64,000 bases of DNA from Podarcis bocagei (taxonomy: Eukaryota). Below, in pieces: positions 13,396 through 25,900 of the stretch. The translations under genes and the position numbers were made by a program. Numbering within the stretch: the stretch's first letter is position 1; each line of letters begins with the position of its first letter. The stretch lies in assembly GCA_964188305.1 (NCBI GenBank), contig OZ076886.1. One strand, 5' to 3'. The notes under the pieces are model-generated. The model was not told the origin of the DNA, ran no database searches, and saw nothing but the letters and a program-made list of their open reading frames with translations.

Positions 13396-14798
13396 CAGTC
13401 CTATGAGTCAAGTCCATGGGAAAGATTAAAGCATTAAAATAGTGAAATTTGAAAGCTTTTATCATTGAATTGCTCTTCCAATTAAAAACAATAAACAGCC
13501 TTATTCAAAGGTTAGCAGCTTAGAAATAAGCAGAAAAATAGGTTAGCACATTGTGGAATTATCACTTAATGGGTGCATATCCTCTGATAGAAACAAGTTC
13601 TGCAGATAACTTTTTCCCATTTTCATCTGATAAATGTGCCAGTTTCCTTGGAATCACAATGCTCAAGGCTGCAAGCTCAGTTAATGTGGGTGGAGTTTAG
13701 TGTATGGGTTGTGTGATTACTGCATAATATGTGTGCTGGGGCGGTATTCAGTTTGAAAATCTGGGATGGGTAGAAATTAACTACCTTCAATGCTATCACA
13801 GCACTGCTTTAGAAAGAAAACTATTAGTTCAAGTGACCTTTTTTCATCAGTCCATGCCTGGAAGGAATCCACAGCAGTCCCAAGACTATTGATTCAGCTG
13901 AGTAACTGCCCTTCTCATGATCAAGTTGTTAAGAGATTAGACAGCAGACAAATTTTGCCTGCTTCATGGTTTCAATTGTTGCAGACATGTTGAAATATAC
14001 ACTGAGTCAGTGTTTGGCTGGTTATGTAGTACACATGCATCTAAGTCATGACTTGGGGTGGAAATGTCCTTCCCCTGATTGCCTTTTTCGTTCCTGCAGT
14101 TGGTTGAGACAGAATAGGTCTGCTTTGCAGACAGTACTGATGTCGTTGTGTTTGAGAGCCAAAACAGATGTGACTGGGAAATGCATGGTCAAATCTCCCA
14201 GCTCTTTTCTCTCTGTTAAATTGGGATGTGCAGCATTTTGACTGGCACACCGTTGCTGAGGGTAAAGGCTATTTAACACCTTATTTTTTGGATTCCCCAC
14301 CCCCACCCCACCTGCACTTGCTAGTCCTGTTGGGGGAAATACAATACTGTTACAAGCATCTGTCTTTTTCTCTGAGGGGGGATAATAGCAGTTTCAAGGA
14401 GGAGATTTCAATCAGGAATACAGAACTTGGAGACAGGGCTAAAAATACTTTCTCCCCCGGTGCTGTTACTATTCCAATTGATGTCTGAAGTATAGTGCTC
14501 CTGGCATCCTGGAATCACCAGATGCTGCGGATAAGAAAATATTTTTAATTGTAATTGGGTTTTTAATTTTTTTTCTAAATTGTTCCATTATGGATGGCCA
14601 GCATGGACTCCTTCAGAAGGATGGGTGGGATTTAACTTGAATGAATAAACGGACAAAAAAATAAAAATAGAGTGTGTCACCCACACTACTCAAACTGGGA
14701 GTTTCCAAAGTTGAAAGAATTGTGGTCAAAATAGAGGTGTATCAATTATCAGCCTGTTAGTCCTTCCTCAACCAAATTCCCCTTGCCTTTTGTTTCAG

Positions 14799-14927
14799 CT
14801 CCAGGCAGAGGTGGAGAAACCCCTTCTCAACTTCCGAGAAAACTTCAAGAAAGACATGAAGAAGTATGACCATCACATTGCTGATCTGAGGAAGCAGCTG
14901 GTTAGCCGGTATGCATCGGTGGAAAAG
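14799..14927 (+). CDS. GAS7: GAS7 coding exon (LQAEVEKPLLNFRENFKKDMKKYDHHIADLRKQLVSRYASVEK)
   Basis: tgtttcag acceptor, gtaagc donor, 129 nt; overlaps ORF 14790..14987. Confidence 0.96.
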
Positions 14928-15460
14928 GTAAGCCAAAGCAGTCAGATGAGTTCATTTAAGGGGGTCAGTGGGCTGCCTGAAGGTTAGGGATAACTTGGCA
15001 ATTCCACCTTCAGAAACAGACGACAATAGCTTATGTTTCTTCCCCGGCCAAATCTATTTTGGTTTGAAGAAACAAGTGCATGTAGTTCATGCAGCAACTT
15101 TTTAGCATGCCCTATATTAAGCCAAAGTAGCTGACTTCTCAGACAAACATAGTGTTGCTATTAATATTATTAAATGTTCTTTGCTCCAGCATTCCTAATG
15201 ATTTAACAGTTGCCGCATCTGAAGAACTACTCTGAAGAGCACCTTTAATCTTCCCTGTGGTGCTAAAACTATCACACAGAAGAGGAAGAATCTCTGTGTC
15301 TCATGGTTCATGTTCCAGGTTCATGGCCTCCAACAAGGGCATATGTTCCATATTGCAGTGATTAATTCTGAAAGGAGGGGAGGGATATGAGAAAGAGGAG
15401 GCAAATGGGTATTGTTTTTCTGCTGAGGAGGAATTCATGGTCATTTCTTTTTGTTTCAAG

Positions 15461-15584
15461 GCCCGAAAAGCATTATCGGAGAGGCAAAAGGATTTAGAGA
15501 TGAAAACACAGCAGTTGGAGATAAAACTCAGCAACAAGACAGAAGAGGAAATTAAGAAGGCTAGGCGGAAGTCCACCCAAGCTG
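15461..15584 (+). CDS. GAS7: GAS7 coding exon (ARKALSERQKDLEMKTQQLEIKLSNKTEEEIKKARRKSTQA-G)
   Basis: tttcaag acceptor, gtaagt donor, 124 nt. Confidence 0.96.
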
Positions 15585-17331
15585 GTAAGTGAGGATAACG
15601 TGTGTTAAGAAGACAAGGAACAGTGGTGTAAAAAGAAAGTTAGGTGGAACAAAGTCCCTGCTGTTTTAGCTAAGGAGAAAACTTAAGTTCGGGAAGCATT
15701 GTTTTGTGAGAGGATAAAGAGAGCACAAATGCTGACTGGCTCACTCCACTTCCCCAATGTGATGCCCTCCAGATGTTGTTGGACTACAACTTCCATCAGT
15801 CCTAGCCAGAATGGCTAATAGCCAAGGATGATAACAGTTGTGTTCCAACAGCATCTGATGGACACCAGGTTGAGGAAGGCTGACTAACTCCCCAAATCTT
15901 AACATTTGGTGTTGATCAGGACTGAATTCATAACAGTTCCTTCCTTCTGGTTATATCACAAATATTTACTACAGACACCCCAAAGTTTAGGTGCTATTGA
16001 TAAGTTCCAGGATTTAGCTTATTCCACGCCCCGCCCCCCCCCCCAACATACATCTGAAAGACAAGAGGAGGAAAAGTATGTAGAGCAATTAAGGAAAAGT
16101 GACCAATTATGCAGGTCTTTGTAATGCTGGAAGAGTCAGACAGGAGTTTAGTATATCAAATTGTCAACACTCCTTGAAGCTGGTTAGTTCAGTGATGTGA
16201 CTTTCTGTGATTAAATTTGTCCATTTCCTCTCTGTTTCCTTGTATTAAATATGTGACTAGCAGAAAGTAGTGCTGGAGGTGCTCTCTACATTCAACACTT
16301 CGTGATTCCATGTAAATTGCATTTTATAAAATACATACTCTCCGATTTGTACACTAGATGGCAGGAGAGATATTCACTACTACTTGGCTCAAAAACCTTG
16401 TTTAAAAAAATCATATGATTTAAAAACAGCATTAGCCTGGGTCTGCTTCTGCATTTGTTCTACTCGAAAACAATATTTGGGGTCTCAGGTAGTAGCAGCA
16501 TTAGAATGATCCATGCTGAAACTGATAAGAGAAGCAGCTTTTCCTGCTGCTTACCAGTATGCTGCAACGTGAGGGTAGCAGTGAGGGCTAGGCAGGGGCG
16601 CTTGATTGGCTCTGCTCATATGACATCATTGCTGCCCTGCTGCACCTCCGCACCATTCTGGTACATGGCAGCAATTCTGCTGCAAGGAGATCAGGTATAT
16701 GGTGCTCCCTGACAGCTACTCCTGGCCAGGAAAGGGAGTTTAACAAAGGGAAGCTATAAAACAAGCATGGATTGCCCATTTGACATAGCAAATAAATATC
16801 CAAAGCTTGGGGCAAAAACTCCATTTTGTTTCCTCACTGAACTGTACTTTTGTTTCTCAGTCCAATGAAATTGAAATTTCAAGAAGTGGGAAACAATATT
16901 TTTCCCTTTGTTCCATGACACAGTTTCTGAATATTTTGATGACTCTTGGCCTCAGTGGCCAGGGAGACTTGGGGAGATTTCCTTGAAGGGAGAGGAGGAC
17001 ACACCTGGGAGGTAGGAAATCAATGGACTGGTTTGTTTCTCAGTGTTTGTCTTACAAACATGCTCCATTGTGAGGCATGCTGTCCAGCTGGATGAGCCCG
17101 CGGTATTTGTTTGAGAACTGTGTTTCACTCCTATTAATAAGGATGGAGAGATCACCATTCACTTCTCTCCTAATGGGTTTGATTTAGCTACACTACATTC
17201 TCTTCGTTCTTAACACCTTGCATGTAGAAACTTGTAGATAACTGCACTTTCACTTCTAAGTACCCTTTAGAGCGAGTGAGTGGGCTTGCAAAAAAAAAGT
17301 TACTCACTGTTCTTTGCTTTGTGTGTTGCAG

Positions 17332-17411
17332 GAGATGACCTCATGCGCTGTGTGGATCTGTATAATCAAGCCCAGTCAAAGTGGTTTGAAGAAATGGTGA
17401 CCACCTCTCTG
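17332..17411 (+). CDS. GAS7: GAS7 coding exon (DDLMRCVDLYNQAQSKWFEEMVTTSL)
   Basis: gttgcag acceptor, gtatgt donor, 80 nt. Confidence 0.96.
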
Positions 17412-17915
17412 GTATGTCATGTTGGGTCTCTCCATGTTATGTTTGCAAAACTTCAGTGATAAGTGCCCATCTGGTAAACGTTATCAAAAGTTCAGCCCAT
17501 GCCTGATCTTGCCACAACATTCTCAGGTCCAACTCTGGACGGCTTCCAGCATATATTAAAACATAGTAAAACATTAAACCTTAAAAAGCTATCTTGGCAA
17601 ATTCAGCATACATTGTGTACGCAACAGTTTTCCTGGTCTGTGCATCGTTACAGTGGCCCCTGCATTCTGAGAGGGCTCATTAGAGACTATCGATTGCGTA
17701 TTCATAGTAGGAGCTGTGGTAGCAGGTAAAGCCCTCATCTGCTTCAGCTCTTGTTTGATCCATGTTCTCATTTCAGATGGATTCTTTAGAGAACAATAGT
17801 GAAGTTCTTAGTCACTAAGAAATTCACATAAAGCAATCTCACCTTTCATTTGATGTTCAAGTATACTGCCTTATCCCCCATCTTTTAATGAAAATCTTTT
17901 ATTGTTTCCTTTCAG

Positions 17916-18014
17916 GAGCTTGAGAGGCTAGAGGTGGAGAGAGTGGAGATGATTCGGCAGCACCTTTGTCAATATACACAGTTGCGGCACGAGACAGATA
18001 TGTTCAACCAAAGC
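17916..18014 (+). CDS. GAS7: GAS7 coding exon (ELERLEVERVEMIRQHLCQYTQLRHETDMFNQS)
   Basis: cctttcag acceptor, gtgagt donor, 99 nt. Confidence 0.96.
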
Positions 18015-18400
18015 GTGAGTTTGCTTGGCCTTTTCTCCTTTCTGAAACAGTATTTCAGCAGGCCCTTGTAAACCTTAGAGCCTTAGAGTTGCACTGAGCC
18101 CGCCAAACTCTTGCCCTCCAGTGTAGACAACGGCAGAAGTACCACAGCTGACTTGAAAAAACAAACGATTAAAACGCATTGGCCTCCTTGATGTAATATC
18201 TGTGGTCTGCTCTTCTTTCAAAATGGTATCCTTGGAATAGCTCAAGGCCTAGTTGGAAATGTTGTCTGAGCACAGTGAGGAAACAAATCTGAAGAACTGG
18301 GAGAAGGAGGTGGAGAAGTGGTTCAGTTTTGCTAGGGGGTCTCATTAGGCATTCCTTTGTGCTCTTATGGTAACACTGCTGTTGTTTCTGTGTCTTTCAG

Positions 18401-18514
18401 ACAGTAGAACCCGTGGATCAGTTGCTTCAGAAAGTGGATCCAGCCAAAGACAGGGAACTGTGGGTAAAAGAACACAAAACCGGTAATATCAGACCCGTGG
18501 ATATGGAGATATAG
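18401..18514 (+). CDS. GAS7: GAS7 terminal coding exon (TVEPVDQLLQKVDPAKDRELWVKEHKTGNIRPVDMEI*)
   Basis: tctttcag acceptor; TAG at 18512-18514. Confidence 0.97.
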   Translation, partial: TVEPVDQLLQKVDPAKDRELWVKEHKTGNIRPVDMEI

Positions 18515-19190
18515 ACTGCTGTTACTGGTTGTAAGTGGTGGGCTCCTTGTCCCAGCCATGTTCGAGAGAGTTCTGTAAAGCCTCAGGAGTAGGGAAAAGA
18601 GAGACGTTCTGCTGTCAGCTTCCTTATATATTTATTATTGCCTGTAGGGACTATTTCTGTCATGTTTGATCATTATTTCATTTCCTGTTGTGCTTTGCCT
18701 TAAACATCGAACATTCCAGGTTTGAGAAGCCACGCTTTATACTTCCTTTCAAAAATGGGCTGCCAGCAGCCAAGCAGTTGCCGCACTCATGATGAGCTGC
18801 AGGGGCTGTTTTCTGGTACAAAGAGAGTTTTGCTATTCAATTGTGATTGACTATCTCATGCTACTCTCCTTGCATGATGCTCTGTTTGTACAGCAATGCT
18901 AAGACACAATATGCCTCTGCCAAACAAACGAGACTGGTGAATTTGAACACGACTCTGGAAGGAGTGAGATCTTCCTGAATATTGCCACTTAATTGGATGG
19001 GAAGGCGGGGGGTTGAGGAAAACGCTCCTGTCCTCCCTTTACAATTTATGAAATGGCATTTATAAAGCTAACCTACCTCACAGGGGTGTTGTGAGGATAA
19101 CAGTAAAACCTGTACAATATGTATTTTTTAACAAATCCTGACTCCCGTGACTGCAGACTGCTGTTGTGAGGCCATCTGTGAAATTGTGTC

Positions 19191-19491
19191 TTTTTCAGTA
19201 CAAAAGAAAATGAGGTAATAGGTCTGGTGACCTTTTGAAAAGGTTGGTCCTTCTTTATATACCCTCTCAGGTACTCACTGACTGGAGTCCACAAGCCACT
19301 TACTCTGAAGGGGTGGGATTCATCTAATAAACCCTATCAGTGGAAGCCCTGTAGGAGGGCTTCTACTTTACAGCAGGGCTTTCTCCCCATCTCCTCCTCC
19401 TGCACCCCCCAAAATTTGGTTCTTGGGAGGCAGGAGGGCCCCCCAGAACAACACGGTAGGAGGGGGGGATTATTCCATCTGGCAAGCTGAT
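19191..19491 (+). repeat. Direct duplication, copy 1 (copy 2 at 22668-22956)
   Basis: Long exact runs shared (e.g. tttttcagtacaaaagaaaatgaggtaataggtctggtgacctt); ~90% identity by eye; one ~12-nt indel. Confidence 0.9.
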
Positions 19492-22400
19492 TTGCTTGTG
19501 TAGGCAGAACATTTGTAACAGCGTGACAATGAATCCCACCCATGGTCTCCTTGACTTTGCCAGGGACAATTCCTGAGGAAATGTTCTGAGAATTGCAGAC
19601 ATTTATCAGCACTCTCCAGAAGAAAATAACGTCCTCCATTGAATAGATAATAAGGCTACAGTGATTAGGACCCTGATGCTGTAGTCTTCAAAGAACTTTT
19701 TGAATGCTTCCCTTGAAAGATTGTAGCCAAATCGAATTAATTAAGGCATTGCTTGAGCTTTACTTTCCACCAAATAACTTACGAGTTTACAGACTATATA
19801 GATGGCAGAACTTCCTAGCTAATGTGTCTTACCTCAAACATGAGTTACCCAAAAGGTGGATTTATCCAATTGCTCTCTGGTTGCGTCACGCCATAGCAAC
19901 CTTCAAGTGGGACTTGCTCTTTGGGGAGGATTTAACAGGCCTTTGGCTCCTGAACTCCTCCATCATGGCAGCCATTTTAAAACAAGGAATTCAGTCTGTG
20001 TCAAATCTTTTCAGAAGACCGAGTTCCATGTAGCTCCCACCATGCAGTGATAGCCAAAAATCAACACGAGTAAATTAGAAACGACTGTATAAATCCAGCC
20101 AAATATGCATTCTGAAGCTAACATTCTGAAGTGCAGCTCTTTTCGTGAATGACGATGGACCCAATTGATCCTGAGGTCCCAAATGTTGAGAACTGTTGGA
20201 GAAGAACCACAGTGTTCTTCGTCCCTCTTTTTTCTTCATTTGTCTTGCCTTGTCTTGCCTTGGTATTTATACAGAACAAATATTTCCCCTCTGAATTTAT
20301 CTGATCTCTTTTCGTTCCTCATACTGCCAAGTGTTTTGTTTGATCAGCTGTCATAAGCAAATGTGAGGAGCAGATAGCCCTTTATGTCCTTCCTGAGTAT
20401 TCCAATATTCTTTTTACTGGAATGCATAAGTATGTACTATGACCAGATTTCACTGGATAAATGTTTTTATTTTTTGAATGATGATAGGTGTTGCAGATAA
20501 GTGGAGTTCCATGAGCTCACTTTGGCCTGGGTGGGTTGAGGTGTAGGTGGGAGAGGAGACATTTGTTTTGTTTGGTGCTGTCAAGCAAACTATCCCAATA
20601 AGTTACAACACAACTTCAGCTAATTTGAACATTCTTGCGTACTCTTCCCTTGCTTTACTTCCAGTGAAATATCATTTCCCCCCTCTTTCTGTGTAACATC
20701 AGGTTTCTAATAGGAAACACATTTCATCTCCCCCCCCCCCCAAGAAACTGACCATCAAGGTTGCAAAAAAGAACGATTTATCCTGTTGGTATGTGTGGGG
20801 AAATTGAGACTTGGACACATCCCAGCATTAAAAAGATTTCCAAGGCATCCGTTCAATTCTTCTTCCTGTTTTGAAAACCAGAGTCATATTTCCATATTCT
20901 GTGCATCCTTCAACCAGCTTGCCATTGTCTGGAGCATCCCTCACTTGCCTTTTCCTGGCCTTCTCACATGTCACTGTTTAGCAGTCTGCTCCCTGCATGA
21001 TATAGACCTTGTCTTCTCATTTTCCTTCACGTGTGTTCTCAGGTATCAGCCAACATAAGTGAAACTGCCCACACAAATTGTGAAAAATAACAGACCATCT
21101 CTCAAAATATATTTTAAGCCATTGCTCCATAAATACTCAACAGCACCTGACAGATTTTGTTCTCGTGTGTCTGCTGCTTTGCACCAAATAAGAATTGTCT
21201 CATTTTTCTATGTTCTGTAGTGACCTATGCTTTATCCTCCCTCTCCATGTTTCTGGTGTCTTTCTCCTTTTTTCTTCAGAGTCTGGAGGTATCACACTGC
21301 ATTCTGCTCTACCAATTTTACTTTGAGGAGCCACCTCATTTAAAGCAAGCTCTCCCAGACATTGCTAAAGATTATATACTGATTTAGAACTCTCTTTTTA
21401 TAATGTGGCAGATCTATAAGGTAATTGGTAATATGCTTGTACTAGATTTGTTTGTTTGTTTGTTTGTTTTGCTATTTTTATACACCAGATACCTTTTTCT
21501 TCTGGGCTGATACAGCCTGTTTGCACTTTAAAATTTCTGTCTTGCACCAAGTGGCACCCACTGAGTTCTAAGATTTGAGGGGCCGGTTCCATTAGGTTCA
21601 AGCCATTACTACTACCCTCTAACATCCTCATTTTTCCTTCCTTGTTCTCTTTAAAGCTCTCTTTTGCCATGTAAAGTAGATATAGATATAGGTGGCTTCA
21701 AACAGGAGGGGGGCAAGCAGAGTGGGAGAAGGGGTTGTTGAGCCCTTTCCTTGCAAATCCTGAATAGACAATTAGTTGGCAAAGAACAGATTAAATGGCC
21801 TCTTTCTTTGCCCTTCTGGTTCTCTGCATAACCTGATGCAATGGATAGTTGCTTTTCATGACTTAAGAAAGCCTTTCAGGGGAAACAATCACAGCATTAC
21901 ACCCAACCATTTCACTGTAACCGTACAGCCATTTTATGTGTAACATGTTTCTACTCAGGCTTGTCCTCAGAAACTTTCTTTGCTGTACTGCTTTATGATT
22001 TGTGCTTCGTTCTCATCTAAACTTATGGGCTCAAAACTTAAAAGGAGATAGCTGTTCAAATGATAATACTCTTTTAAAAGGAGACCAACAAAAAAAGTTC
22101 AGCATGCCAATTTTGTGATGTTCTTTCTCTTTAATTGAAGTTCAAAACCTCATTGCCTCTGTTGAACTCCTGTGCCATCTCAGTGTTCTCACTGGATGTC
22201 CTTCCTTTCTGGGTGCTATTGATCACATTCCTACTATTTTTATATTTTAAAAAAATGACATTTGTTATATGACTTGCAGTCATGAGATGGTTCGCAAGTG
22301 CCATTCATGCTTCAGGTGGTTCTTTTATATCAGTTCATATTTAACTTGAATTTTCATTAGATTAGCCATTCATGAACAGCCAATTTTTGTTGCATCTGTT

Positions 22401-22519
22401 TTCTAGCTGCTTAATCTCAATGTCATTTTAACACACAGTGCTCATGGCTTAAACACTTGCCAACACTCAACAATATGAAATAAGTCCTAACTGATTTGTT
22501 CAGTTTTCCAGTTTCACAT

Positions 22520-22638
22520 AGGCGATCAGCCTTCTCTATGGTCCAGCTCTCACTTCTATACATCACTACTGGGAAAACCATGGCTTTAACTATACGGACC
22601 TTTGTTGGCAAGGTGATGTCTCTGCTTTTTAAGATATA
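22520..22638 (-). mobile_element. BovB/RTE LINE internal fragment in the GAS7 3' UTR
   Basis: Encodes ILKSRDITLPTKVRIVKAMVFPVVMYRSESWTIEKADR; near-identical to 54665-54780. Confidence 0.85.
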
Positions 22639-22667
22639 CTCTGAGCATATCCAGATGCAAATCTGTG

Positions 22668-22956
22668 TTTTTCAGTACAAAAGAAAATGAGGTAATAGGT
22701 CTGGTGACCTTACGAAAGGGTTGGTCCTTTTTTATATACCCTGTCAGGTACTCACTGACTGTAGTCCACAAGCCACTTACTCTGAATGGGTGGGATTCAT
22801 TTAATAAACCCTATCAGTAGAAGCCCTGCCTTTACAGCAGGGCTTTCCCCCCCATCTCCTCGTCCTGCACCCCCAAAAATTTGGTTCTTGGGAGGCAGGA
22901 GGGCCCCCCAGAACAACACGGTGGGAGGGGGGGATTGTTCCAAGTGGCAAGCTGAT
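22668..22956 (+). repeat. Direct duplication, copy 2
   Basis: See copy 1; the ORF track shows paired near-identical peptides (19073..19294 vs 22586..22771). Confidence 0.9.
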
Positions 22957-25900
22957 CTGGAAATCCTTGATCTGATGGGATGCTGCAATTGAATACAGCC
23001 CAGTAAGTTAAAAGATTACCCATAGTTTATGAATAAAACCTAAGCACAGTGCTTGTCTTCCATGCCAGACATCCTTGTGTAGCCATCTGCTTCTATATTT
23101 CACACACACACCCTTTGTTCTGCTGGGGCACCTGTCTCTTCGTAGAATCTCATTGACTTTATTCAGGGACATACTAGTTTTGTATGCCACCTGTTCCTAA
23201 GACATAGCTTTACTCTCGCTGCTAGATGTAATCTTTTACAGAACAAATCTATGCATTTACTCAGAAGTAAGCCCTTTGTAAAGTAGGGCTTACTCCATAG
23301 TTAGTATTATTGTTTTGTTAAGGTTGCAATGTTTTCATAAACACAAGGCCTCCTAAGCAAGACTTGCTAAATCCCTGCTTCAATGCCTGCCCTGGTGTTT
23401 TTAGGCATTCAGGACTATTCCCTATGCTTTCAGAGTATATCGTCCATAAGCTCAATTTTGTGAGCTGTGGAGCTCAAGTTCTCTACAGTCATCCTTCTAT
23501 TTTTGATTTCCCCACCCCCTTCCCTCCCCTACAACAGGGATGAAGTCACTATTAAAATTCTGAATTCCTTCTCATACATCTGTTGTTCTGTCGTGTACTT
23601 TTTCCTACATCCAGTTCAGAATTTTGCCAGCTGCCCGGCCTCTGTAGTGTGAAATGGGAAGGGAAAGCAAAATTTTCTGCTATTTTCTGTCACAGACAAT
23701 GCAGGCTTGTTCTAGGCTTTGCTTAGCAATGCTGCTTGGGCTGCCGTCACAGCTGCATTCTGATCCAGTGTTCCATTATTAGCCAGGCTCTGATGTGAAA
23801 ACAGCACAGAAGTGCCATCGTAAGGATGGCTATGAGCACAAAAGGGCTTACATTCCCATTTTTAAAAGGTGGGAGTAGAGGGAAATGTGACAGGTGGGCA
23901 TAAGGGCACGAACCTGAGAATACAAGGACGAAAGAACATCTGATGAAATGAGCAGGCAACCATTTTGAAAGGAGCGGGGGGCAAAATGATTCTTAAAACT
24001 TCGTGTAGATTTAGCTTGCACAGCTACATGGCATGAGACACTCAGGATACTGATAACTGATCTAAGTTTGTTTGGCAGTTGCTGATCATAAGCTCCCTTT
24101 TGATTCCCTCCCCCTCCCTTTTTTTTCTTTTTTCCCCCTTACAAATTAATTCAGCAGACCTATAGAATTTAGAGGCTGACTAGGATATTGCTATACGATA
24201 CAGTGGGGCATGGGGAAGTGTAGCACAGATGTATCCATGATGCCCCAGATTTGTTATCAAGCAGGGAAATAACAAAATATGCATCTTGCAAGGATTTTCG
24301 CCCCCATAGCTGCAACAACAGTTGTGGAGGTGGGATCAAGCATCTAAAATAATCCCTCATTGGGAAGTGTTGAGTGGGAAGCTTCTACACATGGTACATA
24401 TTTCCATTAGAAACTAATAGTGATTTCATCGTGCTAGTTTAAAAGTGATATCTTCTTCCAAAGAGTCCTGGAAAATATAGTTGGGTGAAATTATGGCGAA
24501 TTCTCTGTTAGAGCTATACCTAGTCGTCACCTCAGAAGTACAGTTCCCAGGCTTACCTAGGAAGAGCGAATGACGACTGTCAGAGAGGGTGAAATCTGTA
24601 GTGCAGATATGGCCTTGATTTAGGAGTGTCAGTACTTGTGTATATAATGTGGATAAAGATATGTGAATAGTGTAAATAAGTAGACTTTGTCCAGTCCAAT
24701 ACCTTGAGCTCAGTATGTCTCCAACAGTGAACATTCGTTGGTTGCATGAACTCGGAACTGGTTGTGCTCTATCAGTACTTGCACCAAAGGTGTTGTCTCT
24801 CAGATCCTGTCCGTAAATCACAATACATAGTAACTAAGATGTGTTACAGTGGATTTTTTTTAAACCTCAAAGGCATAGCATGCAGTTGCATCTGGCAGGC
24901 AAAAACTTAAAAGGTTCCCAGCAATTTGACTAGTGTACACGCTCACATTTAGCATTATGTAACCATACACTGTGCCTGGAGGTGGCACTGCATGTATTTT
25001 ACATTTTGCTGATCTTGCATGGGGTTCTCCTGCTTGACTTTTGTGTGACTCTAGTTTCCTTCACTTTTCGTATAAGCAAGTCAACCAATGTGTTTGTAGA
25101 ACTAATGGTTGTGTCCGTCTGTTAAGGTGATGTTTTGAGAGTCTTGCGGCCTTTGTTCATTGCGGAGCAAGACAATAGTTCTTTTATCCCATAATTGCTA
25201 TGAAACAAAGAATACTGCACCCCAAAACATGACATTCCCATATGACTGGGACTTCAACTTACATGGCAGTGAGTCTTCCTGATGTTTAGTTTGATGTCCA
25301 TTCATTCTGTGCCCACTCATACATGCTTAAGAATATTTCGCTGTGGTCTAATTTCAGACAACAATTTTTGTCAGATTTCCAAGTTGGGGTTTTGTCCCTA
25401 CGCCTCCTGAAAACCTTCCACCTGCTATCAGGATTGGTACAGATACTTTTTTAAAAAGTCGATTTAGGTAACTACAATTTTTTTTAAGTGCTTGGAAATT
25501 TACTTTACAGCAAGCCTTTCTTGAGCCTCTGCTGTGTGTTCTACATAATTCATTGTGATATGGTGGCTCCTTTCTATGATATGTTCTCTGCTCAGCTGTC
25601 TTGGTTTGGTTATGGTGTGATCCAGAAAACCAATGGTATGCCATTGATTTCAGCAATATACATATCTTGCTGATACTTTCTTAGTCCTTATGCACTCCAC
25701 GGTGCCAAATACTGTTGAAATCTAGCTAAATGCTCTTATTCTAACATTTGGACCATGTAAAAATAAAAAAATAAGAAGAACCTTATTTGGAGGGGGCGGC
25801 AGCAGGAAGGCCAATGTTTTGGAAGCACAGAGAATTGGAAATGAAGAGAAATAGAAAAAAATTCCCCAACTTATATTAAGTTGAAATATCTTGGATAAGA

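Larger units (their letters stand above)
3321..18514 (+). other. GAS7: GAS7 gene, 3' part (9 coding exons, F-BAR/FCH and coiled-coil region; upstream exons lie outside the window)
   Basis: Nine AG/GT-bounded exons (90,116,75,79,129,124,80,99,114 nt = 906 nt) splice in frame to 301 aa plus TAG. The peptide matches the GAS7 C-terminal portion (...EWSYCDYFW...KQLKGKQMQKEM...IRPVDMEI*). Confidence 0.97.
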
